Of a stretch of 64,000 nt of DNA, positions 7,180 through 16,773 are shown in pieces. Below the pieces are notes generated by a model. That model was not told where the DNA came from, searched no databases, and saw only the letters and a program-made list of their open reading frames with translations. A program made the position numbers and the translations under genes. Every line of letters starts with the position of its first letter. Position 1 is the first letter of the stretch. The DNA is taken from NCBI GenBank assembly GCA_035438745.1, contig DAORIX010000001.1:3075-67074 (forward strand). Reading direction: 5' to 3'. This DNA comes from Minisyncoccota bacterium. GTDB lineage: Bacteria > Patescibacteriota > Minisyncoccia > Phycocordibacterales > UBA6065.

Positions 7180-8981
7180 TTTTCCCCGCTTCGAATCATT
7201 TTTACAAAAACATCCTGAGGAATGTTTACGTTTCCAACGCCTCTCTCTTTGAGTCGTTTCTTTCCCTCTTTTTGTTGCTCCCAGAGCTTCTTCTTTCTCG
7301 TAATGTCACCACCATAGAGATGTCCCGTCACATCTTTTTTAAGCGCGCTCAATGTACGAGAAGCGAGGATGCGTCCCATAGCCTTTCCTTGTATTTTTGT
7401 TGTAAACATTTGGCGTGGCAAAATACCGAATAGTTTTTCAACCACCGCTTCGGCTTCTTCATATGCCTTTTTCTTTGAGACAACGCGTGTAAACGCCGGA
7501 ATAGGCTCTTCAGCAACGAGAATATCGAGCCTCACTACATCAGCGGTTCTCATTCCTGTTTGCGTATAGGAAATAGAACCATATCCAGATGTCACGCTTT
7601 TTACCTCATCAAAAAAATTACGCATGAGTTCCCGCAAAGGCATCTCAATCACGAGCTCAGTTCTATTTTCTCCGAATGTATCAGAATGAGTCATTGATCC
7701 TTCGTGCTCAAATACGAGCTGGGTGAGTTTTCCAATATATTCATGAGGAGTAATTATTTTCATGAGTACCCACGGCTCTTCAACGGACTGAATAGCCCCG
7801 TCATCAGGAAAAAGTGGTGGCGAATACACAATCTCCTTTTTCCCTTTTTGATTGGTAACCAAATACGTAATCGATGGTGTCGTAACAATGAGCTCAAGAT
7901 TGAACTCTCTGCGAAGTCGCTCGGTGATGATTTCCAAATGAAGCATTCCTAGAAAACCACATCTAAAACCTCGTCCCAAAATACCAGAAGACTCTTCCTC
8001 GTAGGTAAAAGCGGAGTCCGAAAGAGAGAGACGAGAGAGCGCCTGACGGAGAAAAACGAGGTCATCCTGACTTTCAGGGTAAATAGATGCCCATACCATC
8101 GGAGAAGGCTTCATATAGCCTGCCAAAGGCTCCAGGCGAGAGTGTTCTCGTGTAATGGTATCTCCCACTGAAGCGACACCTGGCTCCTTAACACCTGTCA
8201 CTATATAGCCAATCTCACCCGCTCCGAGAGTTCCTGTAGGAACTTCCTGAGGAGAAAATATTCCTACCTCAAGGGCTATAAATTTCTCTTGCGCCCCCAT
8301 AAATTCGAGCGTGTCCCCTTTTGTCACCACGCCATCCATCACTCGTGTATACACGGTAACGCCACGATGATTTGAGTATTGAAAATCAAAAACGAGCGAA
8401 CGAAAATCTTTTGACTGAGCAGTAGTTTTTGGACACGGAACCCTCTTTACCACCTCCTCAAGAAGATGTGCCACACCTTCTCCGGTTTTTCCAGAAACTT
8501 CGAGAATCGTATCGGGAGAAATAGCGAGGAGCTTTGCGATTTCAAGTTTAACTTCATCAATACGTGCAAGAGGAGAATCAATCTTTGAAATTACAGGAAT
8601 GAGAGTGAGCCCTGTCTCACGTGCCATATTGAGCGTAGTGAGCGTTTGGGCCTGTACACCCTGTGTTGCATCAACGAGAAGGATAGATCCTTCAACAGCC
8701 TTGAGTGCTCTAGAAACTTCATATGAAAAATCAATATGCCCCGGTGTATCGATAAGGTTGAGCTCGTACTCCGCTCCCTCGTGTACATATTTCATACGAA
8801 CTGGCTGCATTTTAATAGTAATGCCACGCTCGCGCTCAAGCTCCATTGAATCGAGAACCTGCTCTTGCATCTTTCGTTTTTCAATAGTGCCCGTCATTTC
8901 AAGCAATCGATCCGCAAGGGTCGATTTGCCGTGGTCGATATGGGCAATAATGCTAAAATTTCGTATTCGTGAGATATCCAT
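7176..8981 (-). CDS. lepA: Translation elongation factor 4 (LepA)
   Basis: IRNFSIIAHIDHGKSTLADR, DTPGH, GFRCGFLGMLH, YGGDITRKKKL. Confidence 0.98.
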   Translation of the reverse strand: MDISRIRNFSIIAHIDHGKSTLADRLLEMTGTIEKRKMQEQVLDSMELERERGITIKMQPVRMKYVHEGAEYELNLIDTPGHIDFSYEVSRALKAVEGSILLVDATQGVQAQTLTTLNMARETGLTLIPVISKIDSPLARIDEVKLEIAKLLAISPDTILEVSGKTGEGVAHLLEEVVKRVPCPKTTAQSKDFRSLVFDFQYSNHRGVTVYTRVMDGVVTKGDTLEFMGAQEKFIALEVGIFSPQEVPTGTLGAGEIGYIVTGVKEPGVASVGDTITREHSRLEPLAGYMKPSPMVWASIYPESQDDLVFLRQALSRLSLSDSAFTYEEESSGILGRGFRCGFLGMLHLEIITERLRREFNLELIVTTPSITYLVTNQKGKKEIVYSPPLFPDDGAIQSVEEPWVLMKIITPHEYIGKLTQLVFEHEGSMTHSDTFGENRTELVIEMPLRELMRNFFDEVKSVTSGYGSISYTQTGMRTADVVRLDILVAEEPIPAFTRVVSKKKAYEEAEAVVEKLFGILPRQMFTTKIQGKAMGRILASRTLSALKKDVTGHLYGGDITRKKKLWEQQKEGKKRLKERGVGNVNIPQDVFVKMIRSGEN

Positions 8982-9054
8982 AGGAATACAGACATACTAT
9001 CAGAAAAACCCCAAAAATAAAGGTTTTAGCCTCGGAAGCACTAGAAAAATAATT

Positions 9055-10734
9055 CTATGAAGGAAGTTGATCGAGAGATGACCTGTCCACTTTCCAAATT
9101 TTACGATGAAGCGTTTCGAGCACATCACGAAGCTCAACGCTCTTCAGAACATAGAGAACACCAATAATAATTATGGTGCCGACAATTCCAGCAAGTAGAC
9201 CTTGGAGAAACACACCTGCTACTGTGGATAGATTAAAAATATCATCAAACACATCCAGAGAAAGGTATGCTGTGTATCCACCGATTATCGATGCGCCAGC
9301 GGTATGAAAAAAACTTTTGAGCACCGATCCTGAAAAACCAGCATGCGCACGAGAAAATGATACCCAATGGAGAAGAAGATTGAGGAACGCACCCACAGAA
9401 AATGCCAGAGGCAACATGAGAACAGAAGAATCTCCAGAACCCGATGTTTTCATGAGAGCGGTCACAAAATATTTGAAGAAATCATACTGATTAAACATAC
9501 TCAAGAGGAAAAAAGCCAGAACGATAGTTGCAATCATAGAGGCAACATTCATCAAGAGAGGCTTTGCTGTTTTCCCTTCTGCATAAAAAGAACGCACAAA
9601 AAGGAGAGTGAGACTTTGAGCAAAAGCAGAAACAACAAAGAGCGCAAGCGCAGCGGCCGTCAGTCTCGTGTCAGACCAAGAGAATTCTCCGGAGCCCAAA
9701 ACAGTTCGAACGATCTGTGCTCGCAACACAATAAAAAGAACGGAAAGTGGAATAGCCCAAAAAATAACGTGACGTGCGGCAGATACCATTTTCTGAGTAA
9801 ACACATGAGTATTTTTTTCACTAAACAGTCGTGCAAGAACCGGAAAAGCTGCTGAGGAGTAACTAGCGCCGATAATGGAGAGAGGAACAGACTGAAGGTT
9901 CAAGGCGAAGTTAAAAATAGAAATTGATCCAGCGCCAAGAAACGAAGCAAAAGAAACAAGTGCAATATATGTACATTGCTGAGAAGAAAGGGTTACTGTG
10001 CGAGGAATAGAAAGTAACGCTATGTTTTTAATCTTTGACCACGCAAAAACAAAACGTATTCGAGGAAATAAACCATCCTTAATAACCACGGGTATTTGAG
10101 AGAGAGACAGCAGGAGCGCTCCACATGCCACTCCCCACGCCAAACCTTGAACTCCCCATCGTGGCAAAAAGAAAATAATACCTGCAATAATACCGATATT
10201 GTAGAGAGGTGAACTTATTGCGTACAACAGAAATCTATTTTGAATCTGAGTGAGAGAAGCAAAGAAAGAAGAAAAGCCAAGCAAAATAGGAGAAAGCAAT
10301 AATACTCGTGAAGTGGACACGAGAACGTCTCCATATCCCGCATCAAAAAGCGCAGGGAAAAGAAACTTTTGTAACGGCTCCATAAAAATAGCCGCGACAG
10401 CACACACAACAACTATAAGCACCAAGAAAGAAGAAAAAAGATGCTGAATTGATTCTTTGAGTGATTCTACACCTTTTTGTTTTGCCTCAACGAGAAAAGG
10501 AACGAGTATTGATGTTGATACGAGAGACGCTACCGTGACGAAAATGAAATCTGGTATACGGAAAGCCGCATAGTACACATCGAGCTCTGTTCCCGCTCCG
10601 AGCACATGCGCCAAAAGTCTATCGCGTATAACAGCAAAAACTAGAGACGCAACAGAAGATAATGCCAAAAGATAAGCGGCCTCGTGGAGCCCGCTTATCT
10701 CTTTGCTAACAAATAAAAGAATCTTCTTTACCAT
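9055..10734 (-). CDS. murJ: Lipid II flippase MurJ/MviN
   Basis: RDRLLA, YYAAFRIPD, RSFYA motifs; about 14 TM helices. Confidence 0.9.
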   Translation of the reverse strand: MVKKILLFVSKEISGLHEAAYLLALSSVASLVFAVIRDRLLAHVLGAGTELDVYYAAFRIPDFIFVTVASLVSTSILVPFLVEAKQKGVESLKESIQHLFSSFLVLIVVVCAVAAIFMEPLQKFLFPALFDAGYGDVLVSTSRVLLLSPILLGFSSFFASLTQIQNRFLLYAISSPLYNIGIIAGIIFFLPRWGVQGLAWGVACGALLLSLSQIPVVIKDGLFPRIRFVFAWSKIKNIALLSIPRTVTLSSQQCTYIALVSFASFLGAGSISIFNFALNLQSVPLSIIGASYSSAAFPVLARLFSEKNTHVFTQKMVSAARHVIFWAIPLSVLFIVLRAQIVRTVLGSGEFSWSDTRLTAAALALFVVSAFAQSLTLLFVRSFYAEGKTAKPLLMNVASMIATIVLAFFLLSMFNQYDFFKYFVTALMKTSGSGDSSVLMLPLAFSVGAFLNLLLHWVSFSRAHAGFSGSVLKSFFHTAGASIIGGYTAYLSLDVFDDIFNLSTVAGVFLQGLLAGIVGTIIIIGVLYVLKSVELRDVLETLHRKIWKVDRSSLDQLPS

Positions 10735-10740
10735 ACGAAC

Positions 10741-13107
10741 CTAGAAATCCTCGTCAGAAACGGTCTCTTCTTCGAGCGGTGGAGTTGCTCGTTTTTCTGG
10801 TCGTGAATCGACCTGATTAGCAAACGGAGACTTGCCCGCTTTGAGATTTGAAAGAATTGTTTTTACTTCTTCATTCTCAGGATTTGAGGCTACGAGATCC
10901 GTAAATTGCGCCTGTGCGCCCTCTTTGTTTCCTACCTGGAAGTAACTCAAGCCGAGAAAGTACTTTGCGTTAGCGTATTGAGGATTGATAGTAACTGCTC
11001 GTTCAAAAGCCTGAATCGAACCAGTGTAATCCTTTTGATTGTATCTGAGAAGACCGAGCTGAAAGAATACTCCTGGATCATTTGGAGAGAGAATTGCGAG
11101 AGCCTCAACTGTCTGGAGCGCCTCAGTAAGTCTTCCCTGTCCGATTTCAATTTGAGAAAGAAGGAAAATACCATCTACGTAGTCACTTTTCTTTTGGAGA
11201 GCAGTACTGATGTATGTACGTGCGCCATCAACATTTTTGTTTGCAACCTCAAGACGAGCAAGGAGCAAATAGAGCTCTGGATTTTCTGGATTCAAAGCGA
11301 TCGCGCCCTCATATGCAGCTTTTGCGCTCTCGTATGAACCCTGAACACCGAGTGGAACCACCGCTTCGTATACACGACCGAGTGCTACGTGGTTTTGATA
11401 ATTAGTCTCATCGTAATTGAGCGCCTCACGAGCTGATTCGATTGAGACACCGAGCACATTCTGAAACTTTTGAGCCATTTCTGTTTGAGAAATTGTGGTG
11501 TCGTTGAGTACATTACTTGTACGTACAAGATACAACTCAGACATAAAGCGACTATAGACGTCACTTGGAGACAATTCAATTGCGCGTGCTATAAATTTCT
11601 CACCCTCATCGAGATTACCGTCTACGTTAATGAGTGTAATACCTTTTTGGAAAGACACATTAGCAATAACACGAATAGTTGTTTTGTAGAGAGCAACTGA
11701 TACTCCGATTATGATAAGGATACAGAGGAGTACTGAGAAAAAGCTTTTTACCTGACTTTCTCCTGAAGAGAATCTGATAGTAGATCCTGCTCCGTGGAGT
11801 ATGACAGAAGAAACGAAGAGGCCGAGCATGAGGAACATCAAAATCCAGAGCACCGGACTTGGAACATACACCACTGAGAAAACAATCAAGTAAAGCGATG
11901 CAAAGAATGAGGAAAGGACGAGGAATGCTGATACAGGCGATCCAGAATCACGAGCAATAAATATCGCCTTGAATGCAGTGAGCAAAAAGAGACCAAGGAG
12001 CAAAGCAATTCCGGCAAAACCAACAAGGCCTGTAGTTACAATAAAGCTTGGAATAAAACCAATACCGTAGTTGAAATCAACGTTCCAGAAAACGGTGTTA
12101 TTTATACCTGCGGGTTTATTGAGAAGCCACTCAGTTTGGAAACGATTTGGTCCAACACCAAAGAGAGCATCCTTTTCAAGGACCTTGCCTGTAATCTCAA
12201 GCGTTGATTCCCATGAAGGACGAACTTCGACTTGAGAAATACCAAACGAACTTGCGATTACATTACCGAGTGTTCCGTTTGTAAAAGCAAAAACACACGC
12301 GAGGATGAGAACAATGAGTGTAATAACCGGAGTCTTTCTCTTGAACTCTCCTGTACCGAGATCTTTCTTTACAGACAATTCATAAATAAAGAACACTGCC
12401 AAAAGAGAAGCAAAGGTAATCCACGCTGTCGGGAAATTAACAACCGCCATAACAAAAAGAGAAATAACGAGCGCTGACCATGCGATAGTTTTGTGGAGTT
12501 TTTTGAGAACAACTCGCTCAAGCGTAATTACTGAGAGAAGTCCGATACAACCAAAGAATGCGCCTAAGTCATTCCACTTACCGATAAGGTTTGATGTTGC
12601 CGTAGTGAGAATACCGAAAGAAAGAAAATCCGCACCGAGGAAAAACCGAAGCACCTGATAGAGACCCACAATGAGAGCAGAGACAAAAAGAACTGTGTAG
12701 GTGTAAAAAACACGTTCTGTTGTTTTTACAAGGAGAGGAGTGAGAAGGAAGAAGAAAACAGAAAGAGCAAAGAAGCTAAGAGTACCTAGTTCAAAGCCTT
12801 GTCCTACAAACGAGCTGGCAGTATTTCCCGAAAAAAGAGTAGCCAAACCATAGGTTACAAGAGACACTATGGCTGAAAGATACAAAAGACTCTTTGGTAT
12901 TTCAAATGAGCCGTCTTTGAGCCTATACAAAGCCCATCCAAAGAAAATAATGAGGATACCGAACATGATAAAGGCAGTCTTTCCTATCTGGAAAGGTACT
13001 GATGCGAAAGGAACAAAAAACAAAGGAGAAAGGAAAACAACTACTTGAAAAATAACAAACAATGCACGGTCAAAAAAACTTACGTTAGTTTCTGGATTAG
13101 TAAACAT
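10741..13107 (-). CDS. O-antigen ligase (Wzy_C)-like polytopic membrane protein with C-terminal TPR repeats
   Basis: About 13 TMs, LFGVGPNRF loop, several TPR-like repeats at the C-terminus. Confidence 0.75.
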   Translation of the reverse strand: MFTNPETNVSFFDRALFVIFQVVVFLSPLFFVPFASVPFQIGKTAFIMFGILIIFFGWALYRLKDGSFEIPKSLLYLSAIVSLVTYGLATLFSGNTASSFVGQGFELGTLSFFALSVFFFLLTPLLVKTTERVFYTYTVLFVSALIVGLYQVLRFFLGADFLSFGILTTATSNLIGKWNDLGAFFGCIGLLSVITLERVVLKKLHKTIAWSALVISLFVMAVVNFPTAWITFASLLAVFFIYELSVKKDLGTGEFKRKTPVITLIVLILACVFAFTNGTLGNVIASSFGISQVEVRPSWESTLEITGKVLEKDALFGVGPNRFQTEWLLNKPAGINNTVFWNVDFNYGIGFIPSFIVTTGLVGFAGIALLLGLFLLTAFKAIFIARDSGSPVSAFLVLSSFFASLYLIVFSVVYVPSPVLWILMFLMLGLFVSSVILHGAGSTIRFSSGESQVKSFFSVLLCILIIIGVSVALYKTTIRVIANVSFQKGITLINVDGNLDEGEKFIARAIELSPSDVYSRFMSELYLVRTSNVLNDTTISQTEMAQKFQNVLGVSIESAREALNYDETNYQNHVALGRVYEAVVPLGVQGSYESAKAAYEGAIALNPENPELYLLLARLEVANKNVDGARTYISTALQKKSDYVDGIFLLSQIEIGQGRLTEALQTVEALAILSPNDPGVFFQLGLLRYNQKDYTGSIQAFERAVTINPQYANAKYFLGLSYFQVGNKEGAQAQFTDLVASNPENEEVKTILSNLKAGKSPFANQVDSRPEKRATPPLEEETVSDEDF

Positions 13108-13193
13108 ACTTCTTGTATCTCTATAAATACTGCTAATAATGTCTCATTATTATAGATGACACGTGAGCATATAACAATGTGCACAAATACACA

Positions 13194-13225
13194 GAAAACA
13201 TCCACCCGTTAAGGTGGATGTTTTC
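13194..13225 (-). terminator. Terminator after rnpB
   Basis: GAAAACATCCACC-6 nt-GGTGGATGTTTTC. Confidence 0.8.
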
Positions 13226-13232
13226 ATGTTGT

Positions 13233-13584
13233 AAGCAAGCTTATAAGCCGAATTCTGTTCTTGTCGTAAAACAAGCGATAATTATTTATCTAGGATGTAC
13301 GTTGCCGTACACCTCAAGCGACTCTCCTCATGCACGAAGCATGAGGCACGGTCTTGCACTCAAGTAAGGGTTTTGCCGTTGCACCTCCTTTGTTACCAAA
13401 GGATCTCATCCCCGAAGGGATGCTGTTGTTCATTTCGAACACCAGCGTCTCTGTTCGCACCTCGAGTATTTCTCTCGATAGGTATTACCTACTACCCTGC
13501 TCCCGCTATTAAACGGGGAGTGTTCGGACTTTCCTCACCTCACATCTATTGCTAGATACGGGGCGCAATTATCAAGCTTACCTC
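13233..13584 (-). ncRNA. rnpB: RNase P RNA
   Basis: On the minus strand, GAGGAAAGTCCGAA (CR-I) and ACAGAATTCGGCTTA (CR-V) pair to form P4; terminal P1 GGTAAGCTT/AAGCTTGCT; ends approximate. Confidence 0.93.
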
Positions 13585-13589
13585 CCATA

Positions 13590-13618
13590 ATTATACCACC
13601 AAAACAATAAAAAATCAA
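13590..13618 (-). promoter_or_regulatory. rnpB promoter
   Basis: TTGATT-17 nt-TATAAT with extended TG; the -35 lies inside the upstream terminator hairpin. Confidence 0.75.
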
Positions 13619-13644
13619 ACACCTTTTAGTGTTTGATTTTTTAT
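13607..13644 (-). terminator. Terminator after class II RNR
   Basis: ATAAAAAATCAAACAC-6 nt-GTGTTTGATTTTTTAT. Confidence 0.75.
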
Positions 13645-13655
13645 GAATCTACCCT

Positions 13656-16001
13656 TTATTTGCTTGCTTTATCTTGAGGTACAACATCCACCTCACAAAC
13701 TCCCCCGGCACACGCAAGCTCTCTTTTGAGATCACCTTCATCTGCCTTTTCATAACTCATGATCTTTGAAAAATCGATATGCTCAAGTCTCTTTGCAAGT
13801 TCGAGATATTTTTTCTCATCAATAGTCTCATATGGAGCAAGTTGATACGCGTGATTCTCACGAGGAAGGAATGAGAGTCCTCCGACCACATCCCAATTCT
13901 TGTATACCCAATGCGCGACCTCGATCCACTCTTCTTCACCTACCGACACAGTTACTGAAGGATTATGCTCGGTGAAATGATTCTTTACTGTCTTCCAGAA
14001 CTCAAGCTGTTCAATTGCAGAAATGTCGTCTTTGTAAATTGAACCCTTTGGAGCCCGCACAGGGAATTCAAAAACATAGGTTGAAGCTGTCTCCATAGTT
14101 TGTCCCACTTCTGGGTGATAGTGAACGCCCTGATCTCGAAGCATCTTGAACAATGAATCTGTTGCAGAGATACGAATGCGACGAATATAGAATTCTGAGT
14201 GACGTGGATGCATTCCAGAAGAGCAGTCCACGGTCTGAGATACCGTACCTGAAGGTTTTACACAGGTAATTGCTGTAGATGCTCCAACACCAAAACGTTT
14301 TGCGAACATCTGATTTATCTTTATCGCCTCTTTTTTCATTTTCTCGAGCATTTCTGGCTTACGAACAAGTGGTGAATCCCACATACCACTGATCGATACG
14401 CCGAGAAGTCTCTCTCGCTCACAGTGCTCTCTCCATTCCTTTGAGAGATACGGGAAATGAGTAAGTGTTGACTGATATGTTCCAATAATAGTAGCAACAC
14501 GAACTTTTCGCATGAGAGTTTCTTCAGTATCTTCGTGTCGTGCCACTACTTCTGAAAGATTACAGAATTGTTTTGATTGCAAAATAATCTCTCCACATGG
14601 ATTAGTACCGATAGGACCGATAATGTGCTCACCGGTGCTATCAAAATAACCCTTGTATTCCTTGAGAGCTTTGATGCGACGCTCTGGTAGAGTTTTTGCG
14701 AGTGATCCTCGATTGAAAATACCACGTTCGCCTGTTCTGCTTTCAATGAGAGCCATCCATTCCTTCAAAAATTCCTCTGCGGTTGGCTTGTTGATATAGA
14801 CCGCTGAGTTATTTGAGAGTGCACGATGCGGATGAGTGAGATAAAACTGTCCGTCCTTCGCATGGCGAATTTGTTCGTCATCGAGATCTGACAAAGAAAT
14901 CATAGCGCTACGTCGCACGCCACCAGAAACCACGCAGTCGCCAATCATACAGATAATATCGTGCAAATCTATATTAGTAAGTCTCTTTCCTTGTCTCTTG
15001 AGAATAGTCTCGCGTGCAAAAGAGAGAAGTCGTATGAGTGGTGCAGGACCAGATGATTTGCCTCCCATAGTCTTGAGACGCGCTCCTGCTGGACGAAGAC
15101 CTGAAAAATCAAATTCGACATCCTTGCCCTCTGCCCACACCTTCATACCGTATACCAATGAGTCCGCCCATCCCTCTTTATTGTCTGGAATTACATAGGT
15201 TGGGAGTTTCTCACCTGTCTGTGGTTTGATTTGAGGAAACTTTTGTACGTTCGCGCTTTCTACTGAATAGCCGGCTCCGGTACCACACATAGAGATGTAC
15301 ATAATCTCAGCAAGATCTTGGAAAGATTCAGGTGCGATATATGAACAGTTATACGCACACACATTAGTTGTGCGAGCAGCCTTGCCTGCAAATTGGAGTA
15401 GGCGCATTGATGGCATAGCCTCTTGTCGCAAAATACCCTGACGAACTTCCTCGTACTCAGAGTCCTTGAGTTTTTTGCCGAGATTTTCTTTCATAAAAGA
15501 CATGTATCGATCAACTGTCTCGATCCATGTTTCTCTGCGGCCTTCGTCATCCATCCACTTAGCGTATGTGCGATAGTACACAAACTCTCCGAGCGCTGTT
15601 CGGAAATATTTTTTACTATCCTCAGCAAGTTTTCTTACTTTTTCTGGGATTTCAACACCACGAAGCTCTCGAAGTTGTGCTCTCTCCTGGCGATAGAGAA
15701 TATAAGCCTTTGCGGTCTTTACATATTCACTCAAAATGAGCTCCTTTTCTACAGAATCTTGGATTCCTTCAACTTGAGGAATAAAGTTTTTGTGTTTTTT
15801 TGAAATACGTACCAAATCGGCAAGTACTTTATTTGCCACCATCTCAGCTTCTGCTTCACTACCCTCTCCGGTTTGAAGCATTGCCTTACTGATAGCGCTC
15901 ACAATCCTTTGAAAATCAAAGGGAACAATGAGACCATTTCTTTTCTGAACTTTCTTGATAAGCTCCTGTGCTTTAGATGACTTCTTTACTGATTTCGCCA
16001 T
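13656..16001 (-). CDS. nrdJ: Class II (adenosylcobalamin-dependent) ribonucleotide reductase, RTPR-type, with N-terminal ATP cone
   Basis: KVQKRNG...AKAYILYR ATP cone; PSMR, YNC, TNPCGE, TCVKPSGTVS, EHNPSVTV; C-terminal CAGGVC; no adjacent beta-subunit gene. Confidence 0.9.
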   Translation of the reverse strand: MAKSVKKSSKAQELIKKVQKRNGLIVPFDFQRIVSAISKAMLQTGEGSEAEAEMVANKVLADLVRISKKHKNFIPQVEGIQDSVEKELILSEYVKTAKAYILYRQERAQLRELRGVEIPEKVRKLAEDSKKYFRTALGEFVYYRTYAKWMDDEGRRETWIETVDRYMSFMKENLGKKLKDSEYEEVRQGILRQEAMPSMRLLQFAGKAARTTNVCAYNCSYIAPESFQDLAEIMYISMCGTGAGYSVESANVQKFPQIKPQTGEKLPTYVIPDNKEGWADSLVYGMKVWAEGKDVEFDFSGLRPAGARLKTMGGKSSGPAPLIRLLSFARETILKRQGKRLTNIDLHDIICMIGDCVVSGGVRRSAMISLSDLDDEQIRHAKDGQFYLTHPHRALSNNSAVYINKPTAEEFLKEWMALIESRTGERGIFNRGSLAKTLPERRIKALKEYKGYFDSTGEHIIGPIGTNPCGEIILQSKQFCNLSEVVARHEDTEETLMRKVRVATIIGTYQSTLTHFPYLSKEWREHCERERLLGVSISGMWDSPLVRKPEMLEKMKKEAIKINQMFAKRFGVGASTAITCVKPSGTVSQTVDCSSGMHPRHSEFYIRRIRISATDSLFKMLRDQGVHYHPEVGQTMETASTYVFEFPVRAPKGSIYKDDISAIEQLEFWKTVKNHFTEHNPSVTVSVGEEEWIEVAHWVYKNWDVVGGLSFLPRENHAYQLAPYETIDEKKYLELAKRLEHIDFSKIMSYEKADEGDLKRELACAGGVCEVDVVPQDKASK

Positions 16002-16189
16002 AACAATGTAATAAAAACTGCCATTAATAAATACGCTAATAATTTCTCTGGATAATTTTATCCTAAAGAATTTTTAAAAAAAATAGCAAAAAAGTTTTTT
16101 TTACCACCAAGATACACAAACAAAAAAATGTAAACACTCCTCACGCACAAGCGTTAGCACATAACGCGATTTAAGAATTAATTTTGAAA

Positions 16190-16216
16190 AAAAACATGAC
16201 CCTGTGTCATGTTTTT
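16190..16216. terminator. Terminator after the DUF192 gene
   Basis: AAAAACATGAC-CCTGT-GTCATGTTTTT. Confidence 0.7.
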
Positions 16217-16267
16217 GTGTTAAAGAAAATAATAAAAAGATTCTGCAGTAGAAAAGACCTCTCCGTC

Positions 16268-16762
16268 TTAATCAATAGTAGATGTTGCGACACGATCTCC
16301 CACTTTTAATCCCAGAAAAGAAGCGGTACCTGATGCAACCTCAAGAACAAAACGTGCAGGACGTTTTGGAAAGAAAATATTTGGATATGTTGATGTCGCA
16401 ACTCCTTTTTCAATGTGAACAATTTCAAGATTAGTATTGAGCCACAAAATATCGATAGGAATAATCATGTCTTTCATCCAAAAACCATAAATACCCGACT
16501 CATCAAAAGAAAAAAACATTCCCTGCGATCCAGAAAGCGTAGAAACTCCTGAAAGTCCACGTGCCCTGAGGAGCTCGGTGTTAGCCAGCCATGCTGTTAT
16601 GGTTTTTTGCCCTAGCTGTACGTGGATTTTTTCCATGTCACCCCTCTGATCCTGGGTATTATGAAGAGGTTGTGGACCAAAGAAAAAGAAAAAAAGAGTA
16701 ATAACAAAAACAAGGAGAACAATCACACTCGTATTTTTGTGAGACGCGATAAATGACTTCAT
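16268..16762 (-). CDS. DUF192-family protein with N-terminal TM
   Basis: RARGLS, GMFF, FWMKDMIIPIDI, FVLEV...GLKVGD. Confidence 0.88.
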   Translation of the reverse strand: MKSFIASHKNTSVIVLLVFVITLFFFFFGPQPLHNTQDQRGDMEKIHVQLGQKTITAWLANTELLRARGLSGVSTLSGSQGMFFSFDESGIYGFWMKDMIIPIDILWLNTNLEIVHIEKGVATSTYPNIFFPKRPARFVLEVASGTASFLGLKVGDRVATSTID

Positions 16763-16773
16763 TGAAACAATAA

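Noticed and set aside
16002-16267. Cobalamin riboswitch or NrdR boxes upstream of nrdJ
   Set aside because: Very AT-rich, no B12 box, and only a weak half-match to an NrdR palindrome
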